DNA of 63,346 nt, filler included, from Welwitschia mirabilis (Eukaryota), in assembly GCA_051453625.1 (NCBI GenBank). It is 7 parts of one record of this genome, joined end to end, with 100 filler letters (N's around TTAATTAATTAA, not from the genome) between each part and the next. Parts side by side here need not be neighbours in the genome. Positions count along the whole stretch, not along the records: positions 1 to 9,686 come from JBOZIK010000001.1; positions 9,787 to 21,394 come from JBOZIK010000001.1; 5 more parts are not named here. One strand, 5' to 3'. A program made the translations under genes and the position numbers. Below the pieces are notes generated by a model, which was not told the DNA's origin, searched no databases, and saw nothing but the letters and a program-made list of their open reading frames with translations. Shown in pieces: positions 1 to 12,249 of this stretch; the stretch's first letter is position 1; every line of letters begins with the position of its first letter.

Positions 1-839
1 ATACCCACTTATTTATAGGACACAGGCCCTCTACAACAAAATGCCTAATCAATGTGGGATTTAAGGAAATAACATAACATAGCAAATTCTAGGGCTAGTA
101 GCAATTACATACTACAATTGAACACAATCGAAATAGTCAACAGAATCAAAGTTGTAGAAAAAGAAAAAGAGGCTATCAAATATGGTAGCTCGTTCCAAGT
201 TAAATCATCTAGGAAACACAATAACAACAAGAAAGACAGAAACAATCCAAAGAATGTTGTAGTAGTCAATTAACCTTCTCAACTGACTTATTCTTTCTAA
301 CCAACTTATCTACCTCAACTAAGGTCTAACCCAATGATGCAACAAATGTTACCTCAATCTTCTACCCCTCTGCATGCTTTTTCATTTTAGCTAGTTGTAG
401 GTCAACCCAATTACCTGCTTCCTCAACCAATACAAAATCCATAATAAACATCAACAACCGTAGTCCCAACAATAGGTATATACAACTTAAAATAAAGATC
501 AAAATTGATTTTAAACTTAAAATTTAATTCAAAGATCTAGGAGAAATTCACGAGGTTAAAGATACCATTGACAAAAATTCTTTCAACTTTATTGAAGAAG
601 AAGATAATCCAATTGCGTCCAACCAAGTCAAAAGAAGCTAACGCATCAAAACCAAAAAGTTATGATCAGTCAAAGTACTGTGAATCCATATAATTAAGAG
701 TAATCACACTAAAAACTGCTTTAACCTAAGACATATTATTCAAGACATCATTAAAAATAAAAAAGAAATGAAATTCAATACAAGCCTTGTTGTTGCAAGT
801 AAGCAATTAGAAATCTAAAAAAATCTTTCCCTTCTCAAC

Positions 840-1205
840 CTTTTACATCACAATCACCACAACATATAATTTTTGTCATCCATGATCAACTTGTAAAGCT
901 TCAAGAATAAATTATTCAGGAAAACAAATGAAAATAGAATCACTAGTCTAAATGATACATGCTCAAACTCATCCTACCTTTATAACCAATGTAATTTACA
1001 TTACAATTATTACAACATAAAATTTTACATCACAATTATCACAATTTTAAAATTTACGTTATAATTACCATAATATACAATTTTTGTCATCCATGATCAA
1101 CCTATAAAGACTCTAGAACAAATCATTGAAGAAAACAAATGAAAACTAGAATCATCGGTCTAAATGGAACATGCTCCAACTCATCCTACCTTTAAATCCA
1201 ATGTG
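840..1205. repeat. Diverged direct duplication (~210-bp period) with short internal subrepeats
   Basis: TTTTTGTCATCCATGATCAAC...GAAAACAAATGAAAA...CATGCTC.AACTCATCCTACCTTTA occurs from ~870 and ~1081. AATTT(T)ACATCACAATTA-like units lie at 995-1070. Confidence 0.85.
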
Positions 1206-1489
1206 TAATCACAATTGCAAACCTTCAAAGTTGATAAACCATACCATTACCTTTTCTAATTAATCAAAAACTTTGAACCTCATAAATAAGCATTTGAAAG
1301 ATTACATAATAAATGACTAACCATAAAATCACCTCCAAAATGAGAACCTACCTCAAAGTAGTTTAACATTTAGAAGAGTAACAAAGGTTAAGAAGTCATC
1401 CAATTCTAATCTAAAGAATATTATCTACTTCTCAAAAGACTATAATCCTTGAACCACCCTACATTTTAGTAAACATTATACCTACTAAA

Positions 1490-1790
1490 GTAGCTAGGGC
1501 CTTTGTCGATTGTGGGGCTGAACTAGATGTGATCAAATCATCATGTCTTGATAAACTAAACTTGCAGCATCTATTGAAATTTTAAAAAAATGTAATAACT
1601 AAACGTTCCAACAATCATGAAGATAAGTCTAGGGGAATAGTCACCTTACTAGTTGAGGTGATTCAAAAATTCAAAGACACTGAATTCCATGTGATTGATA
1701 ATGTTATAACATTCAATTTACTACTGGATTTTAGCTTATAGACAAGAGGTAGGTTATATCTTTACCCCATTAAAAATTAAAGTTTAACGA
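1490..1790 (+). pseudogene. Retrotransposon aspartic protease remnant
   Basis: Manual translation RAFVDCGAELDVIKSSCLDKLNL ... GIVTLLVEVIQKFKDTEFHVIDNVITFNLLL fits the Ty3 retropepsin pattern vD.Ga ... F.V.d ... fNlLLG. Frameshifted. Confidence 0.75.
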
Positions 1791-3228
1791 ATCTAAGATC
1801 TCAGTGCCATTAGAAAGAAATCAGATAGTGGTGACCGTCGAAGAACCATCTTAATCATCTTCCTCATCATTACCTCCAATACTAGAAAAACAAATCATTC
1901 CCTTTTTGCATTTTAAACATGATCCAGTGGATTCTCATAAAATGAAGATCTCACAAATTTTTAGTGCATAATTACTTGATTCAAGATGGATTCCATTCCT
2001 TCTCAATGCCTTCTCCATTAGTCCATAATCATTTTTTTCCATTCCAAATTTCAAACCAAAGAAAATTGAAAAACATGAAAATTTTTATTTTGAATACTTT
2101 GTGTTTTATTTTCATTCCTTTTGATCATAGTAGTCCATTACATTCATTGGCATTCCTTTTTCATTCAAAATCTCAATCCTTGATTCTGACCTTGGTCTTG
2201 TGTCTTTGTAAGACCCCATGATGGAAGGTTTATTAAAGTCACCTTTGCTCAAGCTCTTTTATGCTACCTTCTGATGTAACATACCCATCATTTCACTTGA
2301 TAGTAGCATGCTTCATGTTCTTCACTCCACATTCTATAGCTCATTCTCTATTTTTTGTCATTCATTTCCATTTTCCATCTCTTTATGGCTCAATCTTTGT
2401 TATGAAATTAAACTCTAGCATCATTACCTTACCATGACATGCATTACGTTTATTAAGGTATTTTACTTTCATAAAATCATATTTATCCATTTAGCATAGT
2501 AGCATGTTTTTTTATTATGTTCATTTGCTTTTATCTCATACTCTCACTTTTCCTTTTCAAATTTCCCATCATTTATTCCAAACAAAGAAATAGAAAAAGA
2601 AAAAAAAGATGCACTATTTTAAACTCTTTCTTTTTAATCTCTCTAAATTTTTCTTTAATACCTTTTTTCTACCCTTCATGTGTAGTTAGTTCATCTTACT
2701 ACATCCTTTAGGTGCATCTTTATAACAAGTTAACTTTTAGGTGGCTTTTTTTTTATCTTATATAGAAATGCATTTTGAATGACTTCATTAAGGTTCTCCA
2801 TTTAGATGCTAAGAAAGGCTTAGGTTCAATAGATGATAGTTAAGATTACATTAACAATTATCATCATACTCTTGACATAATAAAAGCAATTGAGTAGAAA
2901 GATCCTCTTGATTGAGAGGTGAGTCTTCCCTTCACCTTTACTTAAATGACTCGTTAGTAGGGTTTTTTGGTTAAAGTCATTTTTTTATTTAATTGTCTAT
3001 TCATTTGGTCCTATGTTAAAATGCATTCGATTTTTTATGAAAGTAGTTTTCTACTTTGGAGCATTTACAGTGGTAGAATTGGCTTTCACCCAATCTTAAA
3101 ATGTTCCCATGTCTAGGACCTCTAATGTTTTATATTGTTTTGTCTTAGTATCAATTATGTCAAATCTGATACTTATCTTCAGTTACAAGTCGTGATTTAT
3201 CATTCCAATGATCAATTAATGTTATATC

Positions 3229-3229
<1 letters not shown>

Positions 3230-3272
<43 letters not shown>

Positions 3273-3404
3273 ATTTAAGTCAGTTGGCAAAATCTCAATA
3301 TTATNNNNNNNNNNNNNNNNNNNNNNNNNNNNNNNNNNNNNNNNNNNNNNNNNNNNNNNNNNNNNNNNNNNNNNNNNNNNNNNNNNNNNNNNNNNNNNNN
3401 NNNN

Positions 3405-3431
<27 letters not shown>
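3230..3431. repeat. (GA)n microsatellite present on both sides of a gap
   Basis: GA runs at 3230-3268 and 3405-3431, each followed by the same ~34 nt GAATTTAAGTCAGTTGGCAAAATCTCAATATTAT. Confidence 0.95.
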
Positions 3432-3435
<4 letters not shown>

Positions 3436-4899
3436 TAAGTCAGTTGGCAAAATCTCAATATTATACACCAAGAAAAAATCATGGTGTGCTACCACAAGTG
3501 CATGGGGTAAAATATTCCTAAGAGGGGTCCTTGACAGTGCAATATGGTAACTATAAAAACTCCATTGGGGTATCAGTTGGTTATGATATGGCTTCAGCTT
3601 GCGGATCCTTATGCTCTCAACAGTGGTTGCACTCCCCTCATCATGATGGACGATGTTTTCTAAAAATCCCATTAACTAGATTTTCCATGACTCCGAAGCT
3701 ATGACTTTGTTGAGTATTCAGGATATATTGATTATTGGATGATAAGTTAGTAAGATCTCATTAGCTATTGCAGCTAATAATTGAATTGAGATATAGTTTT
3801 GATATTGTATTGATACCTTGCAGAATGATCATAGACATTGTCATAATCACTGTCCCTATTGTATGACATGCTATATTTTTTTAGTATCAAATCACATGTT
3901 AATGACATCAACAACCTTGTGATTTATGCCAAAGGACCTTACTAGGTTGAGATTTACAGGTGTAAAAATCAATCTTCCTCATCCCTCTGTTTGTTTATTT
4001 TCCTAAGTCTTTTCTTAATAGTTATAACTAATTACTTCAAAGTTGTTTATTGCATTCACTCATAATTTATTTGAGACTAATCCCACTTTTTAGTTAACTT
4101 ATCATCTTTTTGTACTCAACCTCTCTTACCAATGACCTGTTCTGTGTTACAAACTTTCCACTCTTTTTATCTTTCATTCTATCACTTCTTATTCATCACA
4201 TGGTCATTTGGATTCATCCCTATTTCATGAAATGCATCCCTTTTCGCTTCACTTGTTACCTTGGCTATAATCTTTCACCATCAACCATGATGCATTCACC
4301 ATTTCTGTTGCATATACATTTTTAAATCTTGTTCACGTTGCATCTTCATTGTTTATCCACCAAAAAAAAAAAAGAAAATCTTAAGTTTTTGAAAATCCAC
4401 AAAGGTGTATGCCTATTATGGTTTCTACATTTTCAACATGGAGTTTACTTATTTACCCTATGTCAAAAAGGAGGCATCTGTAGAGGCATGTTTTATCCAT
4501 CACCATTTACCCCTCATATTTTCATCATCACATTTCCACAAATACTCCAAGTGCCTTCCCCTTGTTAAATCATCATCTTTTTACTGTTCTTATTTGCCTC
4601 TTCATTCCCTTTCATTACCTTATTCCTATTTACTCTTCCAAATTCCTTAACTCCTCACCACCCCCACATCCTTTTCACCATTTGTTATACGTATTTACCT
4701 TTTTCTTTTTTTATTTTTAACACTCATCCATAATAAACATTTATCACCCCTTATTTCTATACATCACCTCATACCCTCCAATCCCATCATCTAGCCTCTA
4801 TTCCATTCTAATGATGTCCCTCATCAAACATTGTTATTTATAAGGTGCTACTAATACTAATATCCTGAGATTGCTATTGATATAGAAATGGGAAAATGA

Positions 4900-7229
4900 G
4901 GTAGCCCAAACCAGAATTCAACACCCATTTAATAAATCTCTGGTTATTGTCCCTTAATATTAATACTTCAAAAGGATGTCCAACTTGGTATTCAATTGTT
5001 GTTGGCTTTGCTGGTCACCAATGGACCCTGCCTACGTAAGCATGTAAATTTACAGGTACCAAAGAGAAGCCATTATGTCATCCACATGTCCTCCTTGTAA
5101 GTGGCTGTGTTGCTGAGAGTGGCTCTTTTTTCCCATCAAACACATCTGCATTTTATTTTCCAGAAAAACAAGAAAGAGAATGTTAAAAGGATAACTCCCA
5201 TGCATTTAGACTTCATAGCAGGACTCTGCATGGAGAGATTGAAGTCCACACCTTGCCTATAATTTCTCTTTTATTCATTCTGTATCTATAGACTTCCCAT
5301 GCAAATTCGCAAACATACAAGACCAAGAATGGAAAGCAGACACAGAGCAAGGCCCCGTGCAGATGTAAGATTACCAGAATTTCCCATTCGACTCCAAGCA
5401 GTTTAGTTCATGCATTTTGCAATCTTAGGCAAACAGATGGAATTCAAAGGCCTCATCTTGTTGTGGCTTGAAATTCTAACCCTTCAATGGAGTAAATCCT
5501 AAAGTTCCTTAGATTTTGCAATAGGAACAAATCGTAATGTGACCCTAAACCCACTTTAGATTTCCAAAATGAATTTACACAATAATTTAAATTTAAGTCT
5601 TAAATAATGTAGCAAAGCAGCAATTCATAAAATCATATTATCGAATATGATGGCAAAATTTACAATGTCATAACCACATGAATATGTACAAGCAAAACTA
5701 AATCTCAAACTAGATACAAAATGCACCTGACTTGGTCAAGAATTTGATGATTTCTTGGGCTTGCTGAAGTTCCTCAATGCTTTCTTGTTGCTGCAATGCT
5801 TCCTCACATATCAAGCTACAGTGGCTTGTATCATGCTTCTTCTTGTATTTGAGGATGTAAGAAAGGGTTTATATAGGTCAAGAAAGAACCCTATTACTAA
5901 ACAATCTCCAAAGAATATGGCCTGGACAAGATTAATGCCTTATCACAATAAATTGGCCTTGTTTTAATATAGCAAAGGATAGAACTAAATATAACACATA
6001 ATAAGGCATTATTCACTATCAAGATCAGTATGTGGTATTGTACAACCAATATTGGCTAATGACTTCAATGCACTGTAACCTTTGTAACAAACGGCTTCTC
6101 TTTCCTTTGTAAATGTAAGGCTGAAAATCCCTTGTTTTTCTGCAGTAGGCATACTGTAAATCCCCTCTTTTTGGCAACAAGCATATTCCAGTCTGAAAAG
6201 ATATTAATCCTGCTCTTATTGGAGCTTTCCTCTAATATTAATTCTCGATGCCAATTTTCATAAAAGACTTTTACAATTCAATCTTCCCTCAACATTGCAC
6301 TCCAACAAAGGAGTATTCCTGAAAACTATAACACCGTTTAGCAGAAAATTCATGCCAATCATTGGCGTCTTTCCTCTGTTCACAAGGGCCCATTCCAACG
6401 TCATTCCTGGGTTGGGCTTCAGATTTACATCCATCAAACTTCAGGATTTAATACACATTTGAAGCTTTCTGAAGTGGGCTGAGAAAACAAGTCATCCTGC
6501 AGATGGAGGAGGGACATTTGCAGTGAATGTTATTACAGATCAGAAATGACAGAAGCAATAATCATATTTGAAGCATCATCATGAAACATTGCCAAAAAGA
6601 TCGAGATCTGGAAACTAATGCTGGATGTATGTGTGTCCTTATGCCCCTGCTCAGAAGGAGCTTTAAATGTTGTATTCAGAATTTTTTTGAACATTACAAC
6701 AGCAAAATGCCATGTCAATTGACCAAGAAATGGCACAGTAAAGGACACTTAATCATAATCAAAAGGGATGTGGATCTTGCAGTGCCTACATGAATTAACA
6801 AAGAACAGGAATCGAGAGGAGAAACAGATTTGAGAAAAAAGAGAATTGAAAGTAAAGTGGATCCCTAAATGTCTGGGACTCGAGAATAAACTGAATTAGA
6901 GCAAGAACATAGGTATTTGAATGAAGATTTAGAAAATGAATTGAATTAAGAAACTGGAGGAGAGAGGCAATGAACCTTATCCATCAAGATGTCCCGGATC
7001 TTCTTTTTCTTGCTTTGATCATTCTAATGTGGAAAATTTCATCTTCGAGCAACAAATAAATGGAAGTCATGTGTGCAAAAGGGATAAATTCTGAAGCATT
7101 ATTGCTTACTTTTCTATCATTATTATCATTATCTATAATGACAGAAATGAACAGGTGGTACAGAGGCACTCTAATTCGGACTGTAAATTGAAATTTTGAT
7201 AGGCTGGTTTTATCTGGCTTCTTCTTCAA

Positions 7230-7290
<61 letters not shown>
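4900..7290 (-). other. Putative spliced low-copy transcription unit (lncRNA or decayed gene); product unknown
   Basis: Minus-strand U-rich GT-AG introns: 6975-6786 (AAG|GTTCAT...TGTAG|G) and 5726-5146 (CAG|GTGCAT...TGCAG|AT). Further acceptors at 6497 and 6193. A (GA)n tract sits at the 5' end. No TE motif and no long ORF recognised. Confidence 0.4.
7233..7287. repeat. (CT)n microsatellite
   Basis: Uninterrupted TC run of ~55 nt. Confidence 0.98.
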
Positions 7291-7291
<1 letters not shown>

Positions 7292-7788
7292 AAACTTAAT
7301 TTGAAGACTGACTGTGCTTAATGCTAGGAACCATAATCGAAAGAAGAATCACACTGTTAGCCCATCAAAATACACACAGTTAGGCAGACTATGAGGCAAC
7401 CATTTTGAGCCTCTGTAACAACTTTACACATAGCCTACGCTTCACTGAATCTAAGATCCTCATAGGCACCCTTCATCCATCTTTTTCCAACATAAAACCA
7501 AAATAGAGATTAATCTCCAAATGACTGAATTGAAAAAACACAGTATAACTAAGGACGATCAATGGATTGTAGTACTTCTCTGTTCAAAGAGAAACCCCAA
7601 AACAGGGAGATTTCTTTTCACCCTACTTTCACATTGAATCTCATGAACCTATTTTGGATTTGGAACAAATCATGCAAAAGATTTTTCCAGGCCACCAAAG
7701 AGTCCGAACGATCTGTAAGTCAAAAACTGTTACAATCCTTGACTCATTAACTTTGGCTTTAAAATAGAGACTCAAAATCCACTTTCTG

Positions 7789-7856
7789 GAGGGCCACTTT
7801 TAGAACTTTGACTATCTTGAGAGAGGGCCACTTTTAGAACTTTGACTATCTTGAGA
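7789..7856. repeat. Exact two-copy tandem duplication (~34-bp period)
   Basis: GAGGGCCACTTTTAGAACTTTGACTATCTTGAGA occurs twice in tandem. Confidence 0.95.
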
Positions 7857-8339
7857 ATCAATCACATGGGTGTGCATATTAAGTGCCTGAAACCTCCAAG
7901 TTTTGAAGACCGTTTGATTTTTTTTGAGAATATGAATATTGAATTTTAACTAGGAAGTTCACACATAAGCACAAAAGAGCATAATTAGAGTTTGAAAGTG
8001 TATCAGCCCCTGTCAAATACCCATAAGTAGAATTTCCTCTTCTCCAATAATTTCTAGTGAAATCCAGAGTTTGCAAAATAGAAAAGGATGTCCACAAATC
8101 ATGCATTAAACTTGCTTCACAACAATTATGACCTTAATGGCATACACCTTTTCAATTTCTCTCTTGAAATTAAGGGCGCAATCATGCAAACTGCACTTGT
8201 AATCAAGAATTTGAAAAGAGATCACACATGCACCCAAATGCGTGAGTCAAATCAAAGAAGAATGTAAAATAAATTGCTACCATGTTTATAATTGAGGCAG
8301 CCTCAATGTTTCATATGTGTTTTTCCTTTATGCCTCTCC

Positions 8340-9686
8340 CTTGACCTTAATGTCAAGGATCATGAGTCTCTCCCTCAATTCTTGGAACTTTGCTTTATTT
8401 AGAGCCTTCGTGAAAAACTCTAGCAAGTTGTAAATTGGAGGGGCAATAATCAAGGATAAAAAGCCCACCTTCAACCAAATTTCGAATGAAATGGAATTTT
8501 GTATCAATGTACTTAGTCCTTGCATGCATAACAGGATTCTTGGAAATTGCAATAGCAGAAGCACTATCACATAATAGATGTATGGGCTTATCAAGAGGAA
8601 TGGTGAATTCTTCGAAGAGCTTGTCGAGCTATACCAATTGTTGGCTTGCTAAATGAATTGTCACATACTCAGCTTCGGCAGTTGAAAGAGCCACACAAGA
8701 TTGCTTTTGGCTTGCCCAAGAAAAAAGGCTTCCACTAAGAAGCATTGCATATCCTGTCATGCTCTTTCCATCATCAAGACTACTTGCCCAATTTGCATCC
8801 ACATAACCCACAAGTTGGGTGGTGTTGTTAGCCTCATAAAACAAACCTAAGTATAATGTGCCTTTAACATAACATAATATTCTTTTAATGAAATCAAGAT
8901 GGGGCTTTCTTGGGCAACTCATAAATATGGACATCAAGCTAACTGCATATTGAATGTCAGCACGAGTTGCAATTAGACACATCAAGCGTCCTATCATAGA
9001 TTTGTAGATGTGCTCATCAACATCATCTCCTTCCATATCCCTTTTGAGTTTGTGATTGGTTAGTAAGGGAGTGGAAATGGGTTTACATTCTTGCATATCA
9101 AACTTTTTCGACATACCAAAAGCATATTTGCCTTGATTCAAGGATATGGTTCTTGAGGTTTGCTGAATTTGGATCCCAAAATAGTACGAGAGTTGGCCAA
9201 GATCTATCATTTCAAACTTTCTTTTCATATCCACCTTGAATTTGTCAATAAGCTTTTTATCTGTGCCACCAAAGATTATATCATTAACATAAATCAAGAC
9301 AAAAATTGAATGGCCTTTGGTGGTTTTCTTATACAAGGTATTTTCAGCATGACATTTCTTATAACCATGATTTCGTACATATGAATCTGACCTTGAAAAC
9401 CAAGCCCTTTGGGCTTGTTTTAAACCATACAATGCCTTTTTCAATAAATAAACATGTTCTTTCATACCTTCTTTCACAAAACCTTGGGATTGTGAGATGA
9501 ACACCCCCTCTTCGAGAACCCCATTCAAAAAGGCAGATTTGACATCCATTTGCGAAACAATCATACCATTTTTGGAAGCATGTGCAAGAAAGGCTCTTAC
9601 AGATTCAAGACAAGCAACAGGAGCATAAGTTTCCTCATAATCTATGTCTGCTTTCTGTACATAACCAAGAATAACAAGATGAGCTT
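8340..9686 (-). pseudogene. Ty1/copia reverse transcriptase-RNase H, disrupted
   Basis: ORF 8629-9564 contains QMDVKSAFLNG, KALYGLKQA, LIYVNDII (YVDD mutated), GYVDANWA and VALSTAEAEY. RNase H continues after a stop: CDSASAIAISKNPVMHARTKYID...FTKAL. The 5' side ends at a gap. Confidence 0.95.
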
Positions 9687-9730
9687 NNNNNNNNNNNNNN
9701 NNNNNNNNNNNNNNNNNNNNNNNNNNNNNN

Positions 9731-9742
9731 TTAATTAATTAA
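9731..9742. other. Artificial scaffold linker TTAATTAATTAA (also 21439, 41033, 52425, 58313, 61312)
   Basis: Identical 12-mer centred in equal-length N runs six times, giving stop codons in all six frames. Confidence 0.97.
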
Positions 9743-9786
9743 NNNNNNNNNNNNNNNNNNNNNNNNNNNNNNNNNNNNNNNNNNNN

Positions 9787-10534
9787 TAAAAGTTTTAAAA
9801 CAGAAATTTTTATAGGGATAAAATAATTTTTAAAATTTATTTTATAAAAATATCTTAGAAATTGTAGGGAAAAAAAACAAGTAGAACATTTCAGTTTTCA
9901 GATTTTATAGAAAGGTCTAGGAAAAAATGGATTAAATTATGTTGTAGATAATTGAATAATCTTTCCAAAAAGTATTTACTCATTGAAAAAATCTAAGTAT
10001 ATTAAAAGTTATAGCCATTTTAGTGAAAGGTATTCGTTAGTAATTTAATAACTTAGGCAGTTTTCATGGTTTAAAAGTTTGAGCCTATAAATTACTTCTA
10101 GGTATTTTAAACTTATTAAAATTAGTTTTTAGAAATAGTATTATGATTTTTATTTAAGGAAATTAAGTCTATTTTATTTTTTACATTTTTATATAATTAA
10201 TTATAAATTTTTAGTTTTAATGTCTTCTAAAAGGCAAGAAAATTTGTAATTAATNNNNNNNNNNNNNNNNNNNNNNNNNNNNNNNNNNNNNNNNNNNNNN
10301 NNNNNNNNNNNNNNNNNNNNNNNNNNNNNNNNNNNNNNNNNNNNNNNNNNNNNNTGCAAACCAAGAGGGTCTATGGTTAAGTAATAATTGTGTTTTCTAA
10401 TTATTTTAAATCTTATATGTGTTAATAGAGTTTAAATAGGATTTGATCCTAGGTTCTGTTGTGCATGATAATTAATAAGTATACAAAAAAAAAATATTAT
10501 GATTAATTAGGGTAATTAAAGTTGGGGTATTACA
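9787..10534. mobile_element. Fragment of a long AT-rich LTR (Tekay/Del-like terminus), inverted relative to the copy at 33909
   Basis: Ends in TTGGGGTATTACA (10534), the reverse complement of the TGTAATACCC terminus at 33909. The reverse complement of 9940-10010 resembles 35195-35270. Confidence 0.55.
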
Positions 10535-12249
10535 CATAAGCTTAGAGGAGACCAAGGTGCTAATATCACCCCCTTCTATAGATGATGGAGAGGAGGACAT
10601 ACCATGTTCTAAAGAACTCTAATAGAAATCACTAAAGACTCCCTCTCTAGGCTATTGGAGATCCCTGTAAAAGGTAAGCATATTACATTTACAAGTAGAG
10701 GGCAATGCAAAGCACTTTACTTCTTTCCTGGTAGGGTTCCTAAACTGCCCAATGTGTACATTAGCAAAGAGGTGCTACTGTCCCCCTAGGAACTAGATGT
10801 AGAACTCATGGAATGTCAATTCATTCAATTAGGAAATTGCTTTAAACCTTTAGGTATTCATTTTTTTCCTTAAAGCTCTTGACTTAGGACGTTAGGTGAA
10901 CCTACCCTTCTTTTTCATCCAAGTTCTTAAATGGAAAGATCCCTCAAGGCACTTAGGATTAGTCTTGGTCCTTTGAAGAACAGCATAAGAAATTAGAATA
11001 AGAGAAGTCCTTTCCCCCCTCTGCGTTGTCCTATAAGAATAACCTCTATCGAAAAGAATCCTATTCCAGAGGAAACTGCTATGCATGATAGCCCTGGTAA
11101 GAGAGGAGAAATGTTGCCTTTAAGTTATTCAGGGGAGATGTCTTTACCTCCAGCCTAATAGAAGATAACTGAGAAGCCTTACTCTAGCACAACCTAGGAA
11201 CTATCTCAGGATCAACCATCATCCAACTCTTAGGAGTGAGGTAGGCATGCTTAGCCATCTCTTACAATAGCCTTGATCCATAGCTCTTCATTAAAATTCA
11301 CTTCAGATTCTTTATCAATGGAAATATGAACTCAACCATAGGAAGACATTAACATGAACGCAGTTAGATGGGAGGTATTACTGGCAATCATTTAAGGGCT
11401 GAAGAGATGTCCCTTTATCATGTTGGGGTTCTGTCATAGAGCCCTACCTTAGGTCATTAATTCAAGCTATAGGAATAAATCCCTAAGTCTCCATCTAGAC
11501 AAAAATCTAGCAGGTGCTGAAGAATTTAAAGAGATAAATCAAGCATTTAAAAACCTCTTTGATGATTTGGGCAGATTCCTTCTTGACCATAATCATGGTA
11601 ACATGTTCGCCTTTTTTAGAGGACTATAGTCCTCCCCATTTAGGTATTTTCCTTACTAAAACTAAGTTTTTTATAACTTCTAGTCTTAAGGGATATTTTC
11701 ATCCCCAGTCTATCATTAGTACTATGTTTTTTATTTTTTAATTTTTTTGCTCTACTAGATAGGCAGAGTCTTGTGACTATATCGTCGAGGGGTGGTTTCG
11801 TTCCCATTTTGGTTTGTTTCCTAATTCCCACTTTACCAACTAGTGGACTACTTATCATTTCTCAATAGTTCAATTGTCCTATTATTCCTAGGTGTTTTCG
11901 CACCCTGATGTACATTTTATAGCTTAATATACATACCTTTTAAAAAAAAAAAAAACATAAAGCTAATAAGAATACTACTACTACACTTAAGGATAATGAG
12001 CATTTCATCATCACAGATAATGAGTGCATTGTCACTATAGTTAATGAGAAGTACATGTTATAATTTAATAAATATGAATAAATTATAAAAAATTAGAGAA
12101 ACTCTTTGTAAAAGAAACTAAATTTCAAGCATAAGTTAATTAAAAAAATCTCAATATTTGATTTGATAAATTATTTAATACTAATAAGAGAGATATTAAA
12201 TAAATTAATAAATATGAAAAAAATTATTCAATCTTAAAGAGTATTATGT

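Larger units (their letters stand above)
120..4830 (+). mobile_element. Decayed Ty3/gypsy LTR retrotransposon, Ogre/Tat-like; gag-protease remnants, no RT/RH/IN seen
   Basis: Gag knuckle-like YDQSKYCESI*...NHTKNCFNLRHIIQDII at ~660-755 and a protease motif at ~1495. Purine tract AAAAAGGAGGC (4465-4475) is followed by the LTR-type start TGTAG at 4479. Outer boundaries are approximate. Confidence 0.7.

Noticed and set aside
3271-3464. Direct repeats flanking gaps (also 50019-50133 vs 51039-51155 and 57781-57852 vs 57990-58062)
   Set aside because: Near-identical sequence at gap edges is most simply unmerged contig overlap or misplacement.
5342-5362. miR164-like sequence; also miR172-like (6570-6590) and miR156-like (6547) partial matches
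   Set aside because: Several mismatches each and no fold-back partner visible.
5864-5884. tasiR-ARF-like 21-mer TTCTTGACCTATATAAACCCT (TAS3 locus)
   Set aside because: Only the first 10 nt match contiguously and I found no convincing pair of miR390 sites.
8629-9564. 311-aa ORF as an active reverse transcriptase or host gene
   Set aside because: Catalytic YVDD reads YVND, and RNase H is broken by a stop and a frameshift.
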